From sequence record MZ422438.1: DNA of 64,000 bases; one strand, 5' to 3'. Positions 55,168 to 64,000 of this stretch are shown in pieces (the first letter of the stretch is position 1; each line of letters starts with the position of its first letter). Under the pieces are notes generated by a model. It ran no database searches. It was given only the letters and a program-made list of their open reading frames with translations, and was not told the DNA's origin. The translations under genes and the position numbers were made by a program.

Positions 55168-56130
55168 ATGCATATTGATTATGGTATTGAAAAGAATATA
55201 TCAAAGTACTTACATGAAGAATTACTAACTGAAGATATCTATAATCATCCTTTATTAAAAAAGATTGATGATGAATTTCAGAAAATATTAGATGAAGATA
55301 ATATTAATGATACTAAACTACCAGTAACATCATATAAAAAAATTCAAAATATAATTAAATATGTCTCAACTATATTTAATATAAATTTAATTATAACGAT
55401 TGATAACGATAATATCCTTACTTATGGAATGATGACATTTATTCCGGTTAAAAATCTAACAAAGATATCTAATAATATAAAGAAGATTGTACTTCAACCA
55501 AAAACTGGTTTTGAATATATTAAAACTGAAGTTATTGAAATTAAAATACAGAAAAAATTAATATCTTTCATTAAGGATCCAAACTTACTTATAAGAAATA
55601 ATAAAGTTCCAAAAAATTATACTCCTAGTGGAAGAATATTGACCAGTATACTTCTTCATGAAGTAGGTCATCATATATTCATTGGATTTGAAATTAAGAA
55701 ATCTATTAAAAATGATAAACTTTTTTCAATTAACGGTGGTAATGGTAAAGAAATAACTATACCTAGTAATGTTAATAATAATAAATATGTATTAACAAGC
55801 ACTATATTATCTATATTAACGTTAAGTATTTCTATGCATAGTTATATGAGAAGTGAATACAATGCGGATAACCTACCAATACAATATGGTTATGGTAAAG
55901 AAGTATTTTATTTTTCAGAATTAATGGAAATATTAGAAAAACAAAAAAGAAATTCAATTCTATTAAAGATTAAAGGATTTCTAATGTTTGGTAAAGATAA
56001 TTATTATAATCGTAAAATAAAGAATCAAGTAATTATTATGATGAAAAAAGAATTAAATAATGATAATAATAGTCCTAAAGATAAGGAAATTATTATAGAT
56101 AATTTAAAAACTATAGAAAATCTTGAATAG
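55168..56130 (+). CDS. HExxH zinc-metallopeptidase-like protein
   Basis: ILLHEVGHHIF and a downstream SEYNAD (ExxAD) motif. Confidence 0.6.
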   Translation: MHIDYGIEKNISKYLHEELLTEDIYNHPLLKKIDDEFQKILDEDNINDTKLPVTSYKKIQNIIKYVSTIFNINLIITIDNDNILTYGMMTFIPVKNLTKISNNIKKIVLQPKTGFEYIKTEVIEIKIQKKLISFIKDPNLLIRNNKVPKNYTPSGRILTSILLHEVGHHIFIGFEIKKSIKNDKLFSINGGNGKEITIPSNVNNNKYVLTSTILSILTLSISMHSYMRSEYNADNLPIQYGYGKEVFYFSELMEILEKQKRNSILLKIKGFLMFGKDNYYNRKIKNQVIIMMKKELNNDNNSPKDKEIIIDNLKTIENLE

Positions 56131-56225
56131 ATAATGTGGTATAACTTATTAATTAATAAGTTATACCATTAATACGCAAGTAACTATTAATTATAATAAA
56201 ATAAAGAAATTGTGGTGATAAAAGT

Positions 56226-56900
56226 ATGCTTAAGATTAATATTAAAGATAATCCTGAACTTAAAAAGAATATTACTTCAAAAAATAAAAAACTCTTTTAT
56301 GATTTCAATACAAATAATCAATCTTTCCTAGAATTAGCTATTGAATTAAAAAGATTGGGAATCAGAAATAATAAGTTACATTTAGTTTTATATGATAAGA
56401 GTCTTTCCGGAGTAGATCCGTATGACCCGAACTTAACTGATAACGTAAAGGCAAGAATTGTTAAAGAGAGCATTATTAATTTTTGGTACTTTATTAGGGA
56501 AGTAGTTCGTATTCCAGTTCCAGGATCTTCAGTCCATTTTGCTATTCATAGAGGGAACCTTGCAATGTGTTTCTGTTTATTAAATAATTTAAATACCGTA
56601 TTAATGTTACCTCGACAACATTATAAGACATATAGTGCTGTAGGTTTTTATTTATGGATTGAATTATTAGTAGGTAGAAACTATCAAATGATCTTTTCAC
56701 ATAAATCATTAACGGATAGTATTGCCAATCTAAAAAGATTGACGGCTCTATTTGAACTATTACCGACATATATGACTGAACCTATCTTAAATAGTAAGAA
56801 TGATAAGAATGCTGAAACTATTTTAACAATTGACTCAATAAATAATACCATTAGGACAATTGGTCCAAGCACAGATATTGCTTCAGCAGATAAGTCAGGT
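56226..56900 (+). CDS. terL: Terminase large subunit, exon 1
   Basis: NFWYFIREVVRIP, Walker A-like LPRQHYKT; ends ...SADKSG at the group I splice site. Confidence 0.85.
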
Positions 56901-58203
56901 TAACTTAATTTTTCGGCTTGACTATAAAACTTTTTTAATTGCTGGAACATCCTTAAGTCTATTAAACTACAACGTAACTGGTAACGGTAAGCGTGAATGT
57001 TTGAAAATTAATAGAATTGGACAATCAGCAGCCAAGCTTCCAATGATTATTGGATGAAGGTTCAACGACTATCGAAAGGGTAAATTTATATTTTAAATTT
57101 AGAACTGAGTAGAGTAGAGCCAAGACAAAAATTTGCAAGTTTACTTGGTTAGTAATTAAGTGACATTAACTTAATGTAATTCTATTAAATCGAAACGGAA
57201 AGTATAGAATAAAAATAAATATATATTATAATAATGATGAGATAATTTATATCTTCTTTAATTAAGATTATTAAAGAGGTGATTATTATGGTAAGAAAAA
57301 ACACAGAATTTGATCTAGTTAATAGAATATCACAAAAATTCAGTAATAATGAATTTACCTATATTGAAGGGTTTAATAGAATGATAGATAAATGTAGATT
57401 TAAATGTAATAATTGTGGAAATGATAATTATTATACTTCGCCATCCATATTATTGGATAAAAATAAATCTATATACTGTAATCTATGTAATCCTGCAACT
57501 TTACGAAAAAATTCATTTATGGATAATGTTAATAAAAATTACACTGTTTTAGAAAAACCTAAAAATAATAAACAAAATATATCTGTAAAGTGTAATTTAT
57601 GTGATTTCATATTTAAAACAAGGTCACAATATTTAACAGCTATGGACAAACCTAGTAAAACTCGAAATTTGTGTCCTAAATGTAATGCATCAAATTCTGA
57701 AAAAATATTTGCAAAATTTCTTGATTCTCAAAATATTAATTATGAAATGCAGAAAAAGTTTAAAGAATGTATCGGTATTAATAATAGAGTCACTCCATTT
57801 GATTTTTATATAGATTCAATGAATCTAATTGTTGAAATTGATGGAAAACAACACGATTCATTAAAATATGCATTCCATAGAGATATTAAAGAATATGAAA
57901 GAACTGTTGCTAATGACAATATTAAAAATAATTTTTGTAGTGAAAATAATATTGGATTAATACGTTTAAGATATAATTGCAAAAGTAAAGAAATTGAATT
58001 CATGGAATCAATTATTGATGCAAAATATATTCCAAACGTAAAATTATCCATAAATGCAAATCTTATTAAATATTAGATATAAATCTCATCAATTTATAAT
58101 TCTGACTCTTCAAATAAAATTTGGAGAGTTTATTATTTTTAGGTTTTTCTATAAAGATATAGTCTATGGGGAGAGAAATCTCTTAAACTTGTTATATTCT
58201 AAG
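56901..58203 (+). mobile_element. Group I intron (IA-like, 1,303 nt) with a homing endonuclease in P8
   Basis: P1 UCAGGU/GCUUGA (56916-21); P aattgctggaa; Q aatcagcagcc; R gttcaacgacta; S aagatatagtct (58154-65); terminal G 58203. Confidence 0.9.
57288..58076 (+). CDS. Intron-encoded homing endonuclease: Zn-ribbon repeats plus a Vsr/DUF559-like (EDxHD-type) nuclease domain
   Basis: Four CxxC pairs; FDFYIDSMNLIVEIDGKQH; ATG 57288 after AAAGAGGTG (the track start at 57279 is GTG). Confidence 0.8.
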   Translation: MVRKNTEFDLVNRISQKFSNNEFTYIEGFNRMIDKCRFKCNNCGNDNYYTSPSILLDKNKSIYCNLCNPATLRKNSFMDNVNKNYTVLEKPKNNKQNISVKCNLCDFIFKTRSQYLTAMDKPSKTRNLCPKCNASNSEKIFAKFLDSQNINYEMQKKFKECIGINNRVTPFDFYIDSMNLIVEIDGKQHDSLKYAFHRDIKEYERTVANDNIKNNFCSENNIGLIRLRYNCKSKEIEFMESIIDAKYIPNVKLSINANLIKY

Positions 58204-58218
58204 CGAGGAATGACCGTT
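58204..58218 (+). CDS. terL: Terminase large subunit, 15-nt micro-exon 2 (RGMTV)
   Basis: CGA GGA ATG ACC GTT joins KSG and PLIWLDE in frame, giving KSGRGMTVPLIWLDEYAF (Walker B region). Confidence 0.8.
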
Positions 58219-58890
58219 GTATGCGCCGTAATGAGTTTATAAAAACTCTAATCAATTTTGAGAATAACGGAATGATAGATAGCAAATAATCTTGAAACGT
58301 TATATCTAATACTCCTACATGCATATATTTATTAAACGGACTATATGTGTGAAGTTAGGTGAAGTCAGTTGAACCACTCCCCTATAACGGGAAACTTAAG
58401 TATTATATACTAAGAGTGTATAGACTGGGATGCGTTATAATATGGTAAGGATATTCTTTAAAAGAATTAGACGAATCAATGAATTAAAACCGTTAAAAAT
58501 TAATCTAACAGGTTAATGAATACTAATAGGGATGAGTAAGTGAGCGGTTATGAAAATCCTATTTAAGTTATGCTCTTAAATTATTATTAGTGCGGTAGAG
58601 TTGGTACCTAAGTTATAACTATGCTATCAAAATTGAAAAGGTGGAAACTAGGAAGATCGTAAAGATGTTTAATGTCTGATCTAATAAATAGGAAATGATT
58701 TATGAATCTTAGTGGCAGCAGCCTGTAGTAGTGATGAAGCTCTTGTAATGAGAGTGGAGTGAAGGGGCATAGTCAGAGATTATATTAACCAAATAATCTT
58801 TGATGGAACGCTGTATACGATGAAAGTCGTACGTACAGTGTGAAGTGGGGGAAAATCCGGAGATAATTTCAAAGGATTACCTATCACTAT
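58219..58890 (+). mobile_element. ORF-less group IIB intron (672 nt)
   Basis: 5' GUAUG; EBS1 AGCGGU (58543-48) pairs with exon ACCGUU; EBS2 UAUUCU (58452-57) pairs with GGAAUG; D3 gcagcctgtagtagtgatgaagctc; short D4; D5 acgctgtatacgatgaaagtcgtacgtacagtgt; D6 bulged A 8 nt from the 3' AU end. Confidence 0.9.
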
Positions 58891-60123
58891 CCGTTAATAT
58901 GGTTAGATGAATATGCGTTTTTAAAATATAATGATACGGTATTTAAAGCAATGCGCCCTGCTTTTACAGAAGCAAGTAAAGCTGCAAGCATGAATGATAC
59001 TCCGTATTCAATACTTATTACAACAACGCCTAGTAATTTAGATTCCGATGAAGGAAATTCATGTTATAATCTTATACAAAATGCAGCTAGGTTTGATGAA
59101 AAGATGTATGATTGGTACTATCAGTTTGGTCCAGAATACCTTCAATCATACTTGGATAAAAACTCTGGTAATGATTTTATATATATTGAATTTAGTTATA
59201 AAGAATTAGGTAAAGATGATGAATGGTTAGAGAGTCAGATTCGGGCAATGTTAGGTGATAGACTTAAGGTTAAGATTGAATTATTATTAGAATGGGTTTC
59301 TAGTAGTGAAGATTCAATCTTTAGTGAAGATATTATTGAATCTCTTGAAGGTAATATTATAAAAAGGGAAAATTATGCAGGATCCATATATTTATGTGAT
59401 GGAACATATAAACTAGATGTTATTAAAAATCCTATAAACTTATTAACTAAAACATACGTTATATCAATAGATATTGCCGGAGGATTAGGTAAAGATAATA
59501 CCGTTGTAACCGTTATTGATCCAGTAGACCTTAATACGGTAATGGTATTTCAAAATAATAAAATTACTGTTCCGGAATTAGAAGATCTTGTTACTGATCT
59601 AGTGTTAAATTATATTCCAAACGCAGTAGTTATTCCAGAACGAAACTATGGTGGGGAACAACTGATTGATTATATTATTAAACATAATTTAATATCTAAA
59701 AATCTTTTTTATGTAACAAAACAAATAACTACTGAAAAGACAATCTTACAAGAAAATAATGTTTTTAGAAAAAGAAGTAATAAAGTTAGAAAAGAAAAAA
59801 GGGTATATGGTATATATACAACAACTAAGACTCGTGATATAATGATTAATACTATCCTTCCAATGATTGTTTATGAAAGACCCGAATTGGTAAATAATGC
59901 TTCCTTATTTAATGATATTAAAACGCTAGAAAGAAAAAGAAATGGTAAGATTGAACATAAGTCAAATCGCCATGATGATAATTTATTTTCATATCTGGTA
60001 GGATTATATGCACTATTATATGAACACTCGATCAGTAGGTTTGTGGATATTATTGATAAACCCGAGTTAAATAAGGAAGATGAATTAGTTGATACCGTAA
60101 TAATACGGGTCAACATCGTTTAA
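58891..60123 (+). CDS. terL: Terminase large subunit, exon 3 (Walker B and RNase H-like nuclease); may extend to 60305 via a frameshift near 60095
   Basis: LIWLDE, LITTTP, ISIDIAGG..KD, PERN, HDDNLFSY; in frame with track ORF 58951. Confidence 0.85.
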   Translation, partial: PLIWLDEYAFLKYNDTVFKAMRPAFTEASKAASMNDTPYSILITTTPSNLDSDEGNSCYNLIQNAARFDEKMYDWYYQFGPEYLQSYLDKNSGNDFIYIEFSYKELGKDDEWLESQIRAMLGDRLKVKIELLLEWVSSSEDSIFSEDIIESLEGNIIKRENYAGSIYLCDGTYKLDVIKNPINLLTKTYVISIDIAGGLGKDNTVVTVIDPVDLNTVMVFQNNKITVPELEDLVTDLVLNYIPNAVVIPERNYGGEQLIDYIIKHNLISKNLFYVTKQITTEKTILQENNVFRKRSNKVRKEKRVYGIYTTTKTRDIMINTILPMIVYERPELVNNASLFNDIKTLERKRNGKIEHKSNRHDDNLFSYLVGLYALLYEHSISRFVDIIDKPELNKEDELVDTVIIRVNIV

Positions 60124-60357
60124 CTAGTTCTCAAAAAGCATCAAGAACTATTAATAATTTAAGAAAAGTTAGTAAAAAACCAACAAGCAAATCAATTATT
60201 AATGCATCAATGAATATAAATAACGAAGATTCTAGTATTAATAATTCTATGAGTAAAAAACCACGAAGAGGACTAAATTTAGTCCGAAAATATAATAAAA
60301 AATAAATTAATTTTTTATATACTATCCTAAAAAATATTATATAATAATTAAATATAA

Positions 60358-61155
60358 TTGATTGGAAGTGGAAATTTTATTATGGTTATGTTAAATGCAA
60401 CTGTAAATGAAGAATATAAACGTGAAAACGTAAATGAAATTATTACAAATATTAGTGAGGATATTATGATTGATAATATCTTATCTCAAATAAATGATAC
60501 TGATATTCAGGATCTTTCTGAAGTAAGAAAATCATTCTTTGAATACTTTGAAGAACGTTATAACTTTGTTAAGAAAAATTATAACGATGATGATGAAGCA
60601 ATGCAAAATTGCCGAGAAGTCTTTGATGATATTTTAAATCAAATTATTAAAGCAATCTCTGAAAAATACAGTTTTGATCTTTTCTTTTCAGATATCCTAT
60701 TATTCGATACAAAAGTAGAAATTACTAAAAGTCTATATTATTTCTTTGTCATCAATATTCGGGAAAATATTGAAAATATGATTTATTATTTTATCATGAA
60801 AAATAGAAAAACATTAGTAAAAATGTTTAACACTATTAGTAAAGAAGAAAGAAAGAATTTAAGCTATATTAATCTTAGTTCTGCAATCAATAATGATTAT
60901 ACGACAATGATATATCATTTAAGCATGATTATTGATAATATTGAAATTCCTACTAATGAAGATATTATTGAATTAATGGTTGAAGATAATTCATATGAAC
61001 TTTATAACTACGTAACTGTTAATACATTAGTTCTTACAAATTTCTGCGAAGTAAATTATAATGAAAACTTTTACTCAATCTTTCTAGATATTATTAAGAA
61101 TTCTCCAATTATTGTAAGAAATGTTAGAAACTCACTTATTGACTCATTAAAATAA
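60358..61155 (+). CDS. Hypothetical protein
   Basis: 265-aa ORF followed by a terminator. Confidence 0.6.
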   Translation: MIGSGNFIMVMLNATVNEEYKRENVNEIITNISEDIMIDNILSQINDTDIQDLSEVRKSFFEYFEERYNFVKKNYNDDDEAMQNCREVFDDILNQIIKAISEKYSFDLFFSDILLFDTKVEITKSLYYFFVINIRENIENMIYYFIMKNRKTLVKMFNTISKEERKNLSYINLSSAINNDYTTMIYHLSMIIDNIEIPTNEDIIELMVEDNSYELYNYVTVNTLVLTNFCEVNYNENFYSIFLDIIKNSPIIVRNVRNSLIDSLK

Positions 61156-61163
61156 TATTAATT

Positions 61164-61194
61164 ACCCTATCCTTAAATAATTTAAGGATAGGGT
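61164..61194 (+). terminator. Intrinsic terminator
   Basis: accctatccttaaa/tttaaggatagggt followed by T-run. Confidence 0.8.
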
Positions 61195-61247
61195 TTTATT
61201 TAAACAATTTTTTATAAGAAATATTTAAAGAAGGGAGACGTTAATGG

Positions 61248-62000
61248 TTGACTAAAAAGATGAGCAGTTTAGACCGAATTAAAGATTCACTTATTTTTAA
61301 AGGTGAAATATTAGATATATACTTACCAAAATCTAATTTTGATAAAAATCTATCAACGTATAATGGTGAATATATAAATACTATGGGTATCTTTTCATTC
61401 ATTGAAAAGAAAGCTGGACCTGAAGATAAAACAACTAAAGGAACTTTACGTAAACTAGAATTACCTAATATGATTGACTTTCAATACGATTCAAGTTATT
61501 CTTTTAAGGGAAAATTATCGGATGAATTACCCTCTGACACATACGAAGTTTTTCGACTTACTACAGGAAATCAATTTATTGCAAATGTATTTACAGAACA
61601 AAATGCTTCTAATGTTAAAAAATTTATATCGGCTCTTCATGGTGGTAATATTCCGAGTTCAGTATCTTATGATAATATTATTAAACTATACTTAGATACT
61701 TTATCAATTAATAAAGTTAGTTTACGTAGTCCATCAGTAATTTATGAATTGATTATCTCCGAATTATGTAGGTATAGTAAAGATATTAATGAACCTTTTA
61801 GAAAGATTATTGCTTCAAAAAATAATATTAGTCCCTATATGTATACAAATATTAATCTTAAGAAATTACCATCAATCAATTCTACTTTTGCGGCACTTAG
61901 TTTTGAAAATCCAAATCAAGCAATTATTGACAGTATTAATAAGAATATCAATGGTGAAAAAGAGAATGAATCTCCTATTGAAAGGACTATTAAATACTAA
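61248..62000 (+). CDS. RNA polymerase beta' extreme C-terminal fragment (probably virion RNAP)
   Basis: VIYELIISELCR and STFAALSFENPNQAI resemble the RpoC KHIEVIVRQM and SFISAASFQET blocks; late promoter at 61203. Confidence 0.55.
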   Translation: MTKKMSSLDRIKDSLIFKGEILDIYLPKSNFDKNLSTYNGEYINTMGIFSFIEKKAGPEDKTTKGTLRKLELPNMIDFQYDSSYSFKGKLSDELPSDTYEVFRLTTGNQFIANVFTEQNASNVKKFISALHGGNIPSSVSYDNIIKLYLDTLSINKVSLRSPSVIYELIISELCRYSKDINEPFRKIIASKNNISPYMYTNINLKKLPSINSTFAALSFENPNQAIIDSINKNINGEKENESPIERTIKY

Positions 62001-62101
62001 TATTTTAAAACAATAAAATATAATCTTAATAAGATGATTTATTTTTATGTTTATTAAGTTTTTTATAAAAAAGATTATAATGAAAGGAATGAATTATAAA
62101 T

Positions 62102-64000
62102 ATGGCTAATGATGCAAGTTTGACACAACTACATCCATCAGTTTCATCCGTTATCAATGCAAATCAGTCTAATTTTCTTACATCTAATGGTGTAGTTACT
62201 CTATTTGCTGCAGACACCTTTGCTAAAGGTAAAGATGGTGCAATTGATTTTGTTAGTACTAAAGATGAATTTATTTTTAAATACGGTACTCCAGATTATT
62301 CCAAATACGGTCAATCAGCTTATAATATTGTAGAGTGGTTAGAAAATGGAGGTCAAGCATTTGTCCTACGTCTTCTTCCTGATGATGCTACCTTCTCTCA
62401 TGCAATTCTGAATGTACAAAGTAAAGTTGTATCTCAAGGTAAAAATGTTTTAACTACTGCAGGAGAATTGGTTAAATTAGATGATGTTCATCTACGTCCT
62501 ACTACTGCTTTTATTAAGAAAAATAATCGTGATAAGAATATGTTGATGTCTGAATTGACAAAAACTCGTTCTGATGAGAATACTGTTGATGGTTATACAA
62601 ATAACTTTGTATTGCTAGTATATCCAGAAGGTCGTGGAGAAGCTTACAATAATTTAGGTTTCCGTATGACTCTTAATGGTTCTTTCGATTCAGCAGTAAA
62701 TAGTTCTCGTGTTTATAACTTCGAAGTAATTCAATATGATTCTGAATCTAATATGACTGTAGTTGAAGGACCATTTTATGTATCTTTCGATCGTACTGCA
62801 ATCTCAGCTTCTGGGGAATCTATGTTTATTGAAGATGTTATTAATCGCTATTCTAAACACGTTAATTGTGAATTTAATGAAGAAAACTTTAACCGTTTGA
62901 CTAAATCTATTAATCCTAATGTTAACCCAGGACATATTGATATTCTTACTGGTAAATCTAAAGTTCTTCCTTCTGGTAAAGCTGAAACAGTTTATTCCGA
63001 AATTACTCGTGATAACGAAGATATTCATATTTCATTACAAAAATATAATGCTCGTGGAGAACTAGTAACTCAGAATGGTAATGCTGTGCTTAATATTCCA
63101 GACCCTACGGATACTGTTGAAGCAGCATTGATTAGTTTAGATAATGGATTACGTGAAAATATTTACAATCTAGACTCTAATAAACTTGCTTACATGAAAG
63201 AACAATTCCCTAAACTAAAAACTGATAGTTCTAGCGAATTTAAATTGGCTATGAATCAAATTATCAATGTTCCAGGAGATGATTCTCAACCTAAAACAGG
63301 TGAAGTGGTTACGCTTATTAATAATAACTTTGATTCATCTAATCCTAGCAGTCTTTATAGTAAATACCTTATTGCTAAAGAAGCTTATATTAGTGAAGAT
63401 AGTGATGAAAATCTTTCTGCAGTATTATCATACGTAGATCGTTTGTCTGAAGTATTGAAGTCTCAATTTATTGATTATTCTACTAAAATGAATGCTTCTT
63501 ATACATTAACTCTTCATAATTCACCAAATCCTCAACTTCCGGCACAATATGCGCTTGAACTTAACTCTTTGACTGATCTTCTTAATAAGAAAGATCAAAT
63601 CAATATCTTTACAGTTGAGCATCAAGGTAAACTATTTGATATTCAAGAAACAATCACTAAATATCGTTTAGGTACTGTTAGTGGAAGTTATTTGGAAGGA
63701 TTGTCATTAATCCTAAACAATGTTGAGAATGAAATTAAATATGTATATGAAAGCTTACTTCCAGTAGCATACAATGGTTATCAAAATGTACCTGTAGAGA
63801 TTTCTGATAAATTTGATTCATCAAAACCAGAAAGCATTACAAGTCGTTATAACCGTATCTTAGATCTTCAAAGTGATATGCAATCAGGAATTATTGACAA
63901 TACAGCAACTAATCGTGATGAAATCACTTCAGTAGCTAATGATATTACTATTGATCTATTGGATGTTATTAATGAAGTTACATTCACTTCTAGCACTACA
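62102..64000 (+). CDS. Contractile tail sheath protein (partial, runs off the window)
   Basis: Manual translation MANDASLTQLHPSV...EFIFKYGTPDYSKYGQSAYN...GGQAFVLRL...YPEGRGEAYNNL; AAAGGA RBS; late promoter at 62009; missing from the track because it has no stop. Confidence 0.8.
   Translation, partial: MANDASLTQLHPSVSSVINANQSNFLTSNGVVTLFAADTFAKGKDGAIDFVSTKDEFIFKYGTPDYSKYGQSAYNIVEWLENGGQAFVLRLLPDDATFSHAILNVQSKVVSQGKNVLTTAGELVKLDDVHLRPTTAFIKKNNRDKNMLMSELTKTRSDENTVDGYTNNFVLLVYPEGRGEAYNNLGFRMTLNGSFDSAVNSSRVYNFEVIQYDSESNMTVVEGPFYVSFDRTAISASGESMFIEDVINRYSKHVNCEFNEENFNRLTKSINPNVNPGHIDILTGKSKVLPSGKAETVYSEITRDNEDIHISLQKYNARGELVTQNGNAVLNIPDPTDTVEAALISLDNGLRENIYNLDSNKLAYMKEQFPKLKTDSSSEFKLAMNQIINVPGDDSQPKTGEVVTLINNNFDSSNPSSLYSKYLIAKEAYISEDSDENLSAVLSYVDRLSEVLKSQFIDYSTKMNASYTLTLHNSPNPQLPAQYALELNSLTDLLNKKDQINIFTVEHQGKLFDIQETITKYRLGTVSGSYLEGLSLILNNVENEIKYVYESLLPVAYNGYQNVPVEISDKFDSSKPESITSRYNRILDLQSDMQSGIIDNTATNRDEITSVANDITIDLLDVINEVTFTSSTT

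Noticed and set aside
58221-58225. Group II intron starting at ATGCG (58221)
   Set aside because: This breaks the terL frame with any AY-ending 3' site and loses the EBS1/IBS1 register; GUAUG at 58219 satisfies both.
58054-58242. 62-aa ORF spanning the intron junction; also 56860..57057
   Set aside because: Both overlap ribozyme cores and the micro-exon in other frames; no independent RBS.

Overview
A very AT-rich 64-kb segment of a jumbo myophage of the phiKZ/AR9(PBS1)-like type, probably infecting a Firmicute (strong AAGGAG/AGGTG Shine-Dalgarno sites, PG-binding and NlpC/P60 domains). From left to right it holds: tail/baseplate and lysis-type genes; a ~1,700-aa tail peptidoglycan hydrolase; an HU-like protein; a ~1-kb structured non-coding region; a phage multisubunit RNA polymerase beta subunit; a ~2,700-aa Ig-repeat protein; a replication/transcription block (SF2 helicase, RNAP beta' C-part, intron-split family-B DNA polymerase, HAD nucleotidase, primase, RecD/Dda helicase); a lysis/spike cassette; head genes (neck, prohead protease, internal-protein paralogs, major capsid); the terminase large subunit; a second beta' C-terminal fragment; and the start of the tail sheath. 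The standout is terL, which is split by a homing-endonuclease group I intron and an ORF-less group IIB intron separated by a 15-nt micro-exon. A strictly spaced AACA-N6-TA motif precedes most virion genes; it matches the late promoter of the uracil-DNA phage AR9. Several genes carry frameshifts or in-frame stops, and there is an N-rich block, so the assembly probably contains errors. All domain calls are by-eye motif recognition; no database searches were run.
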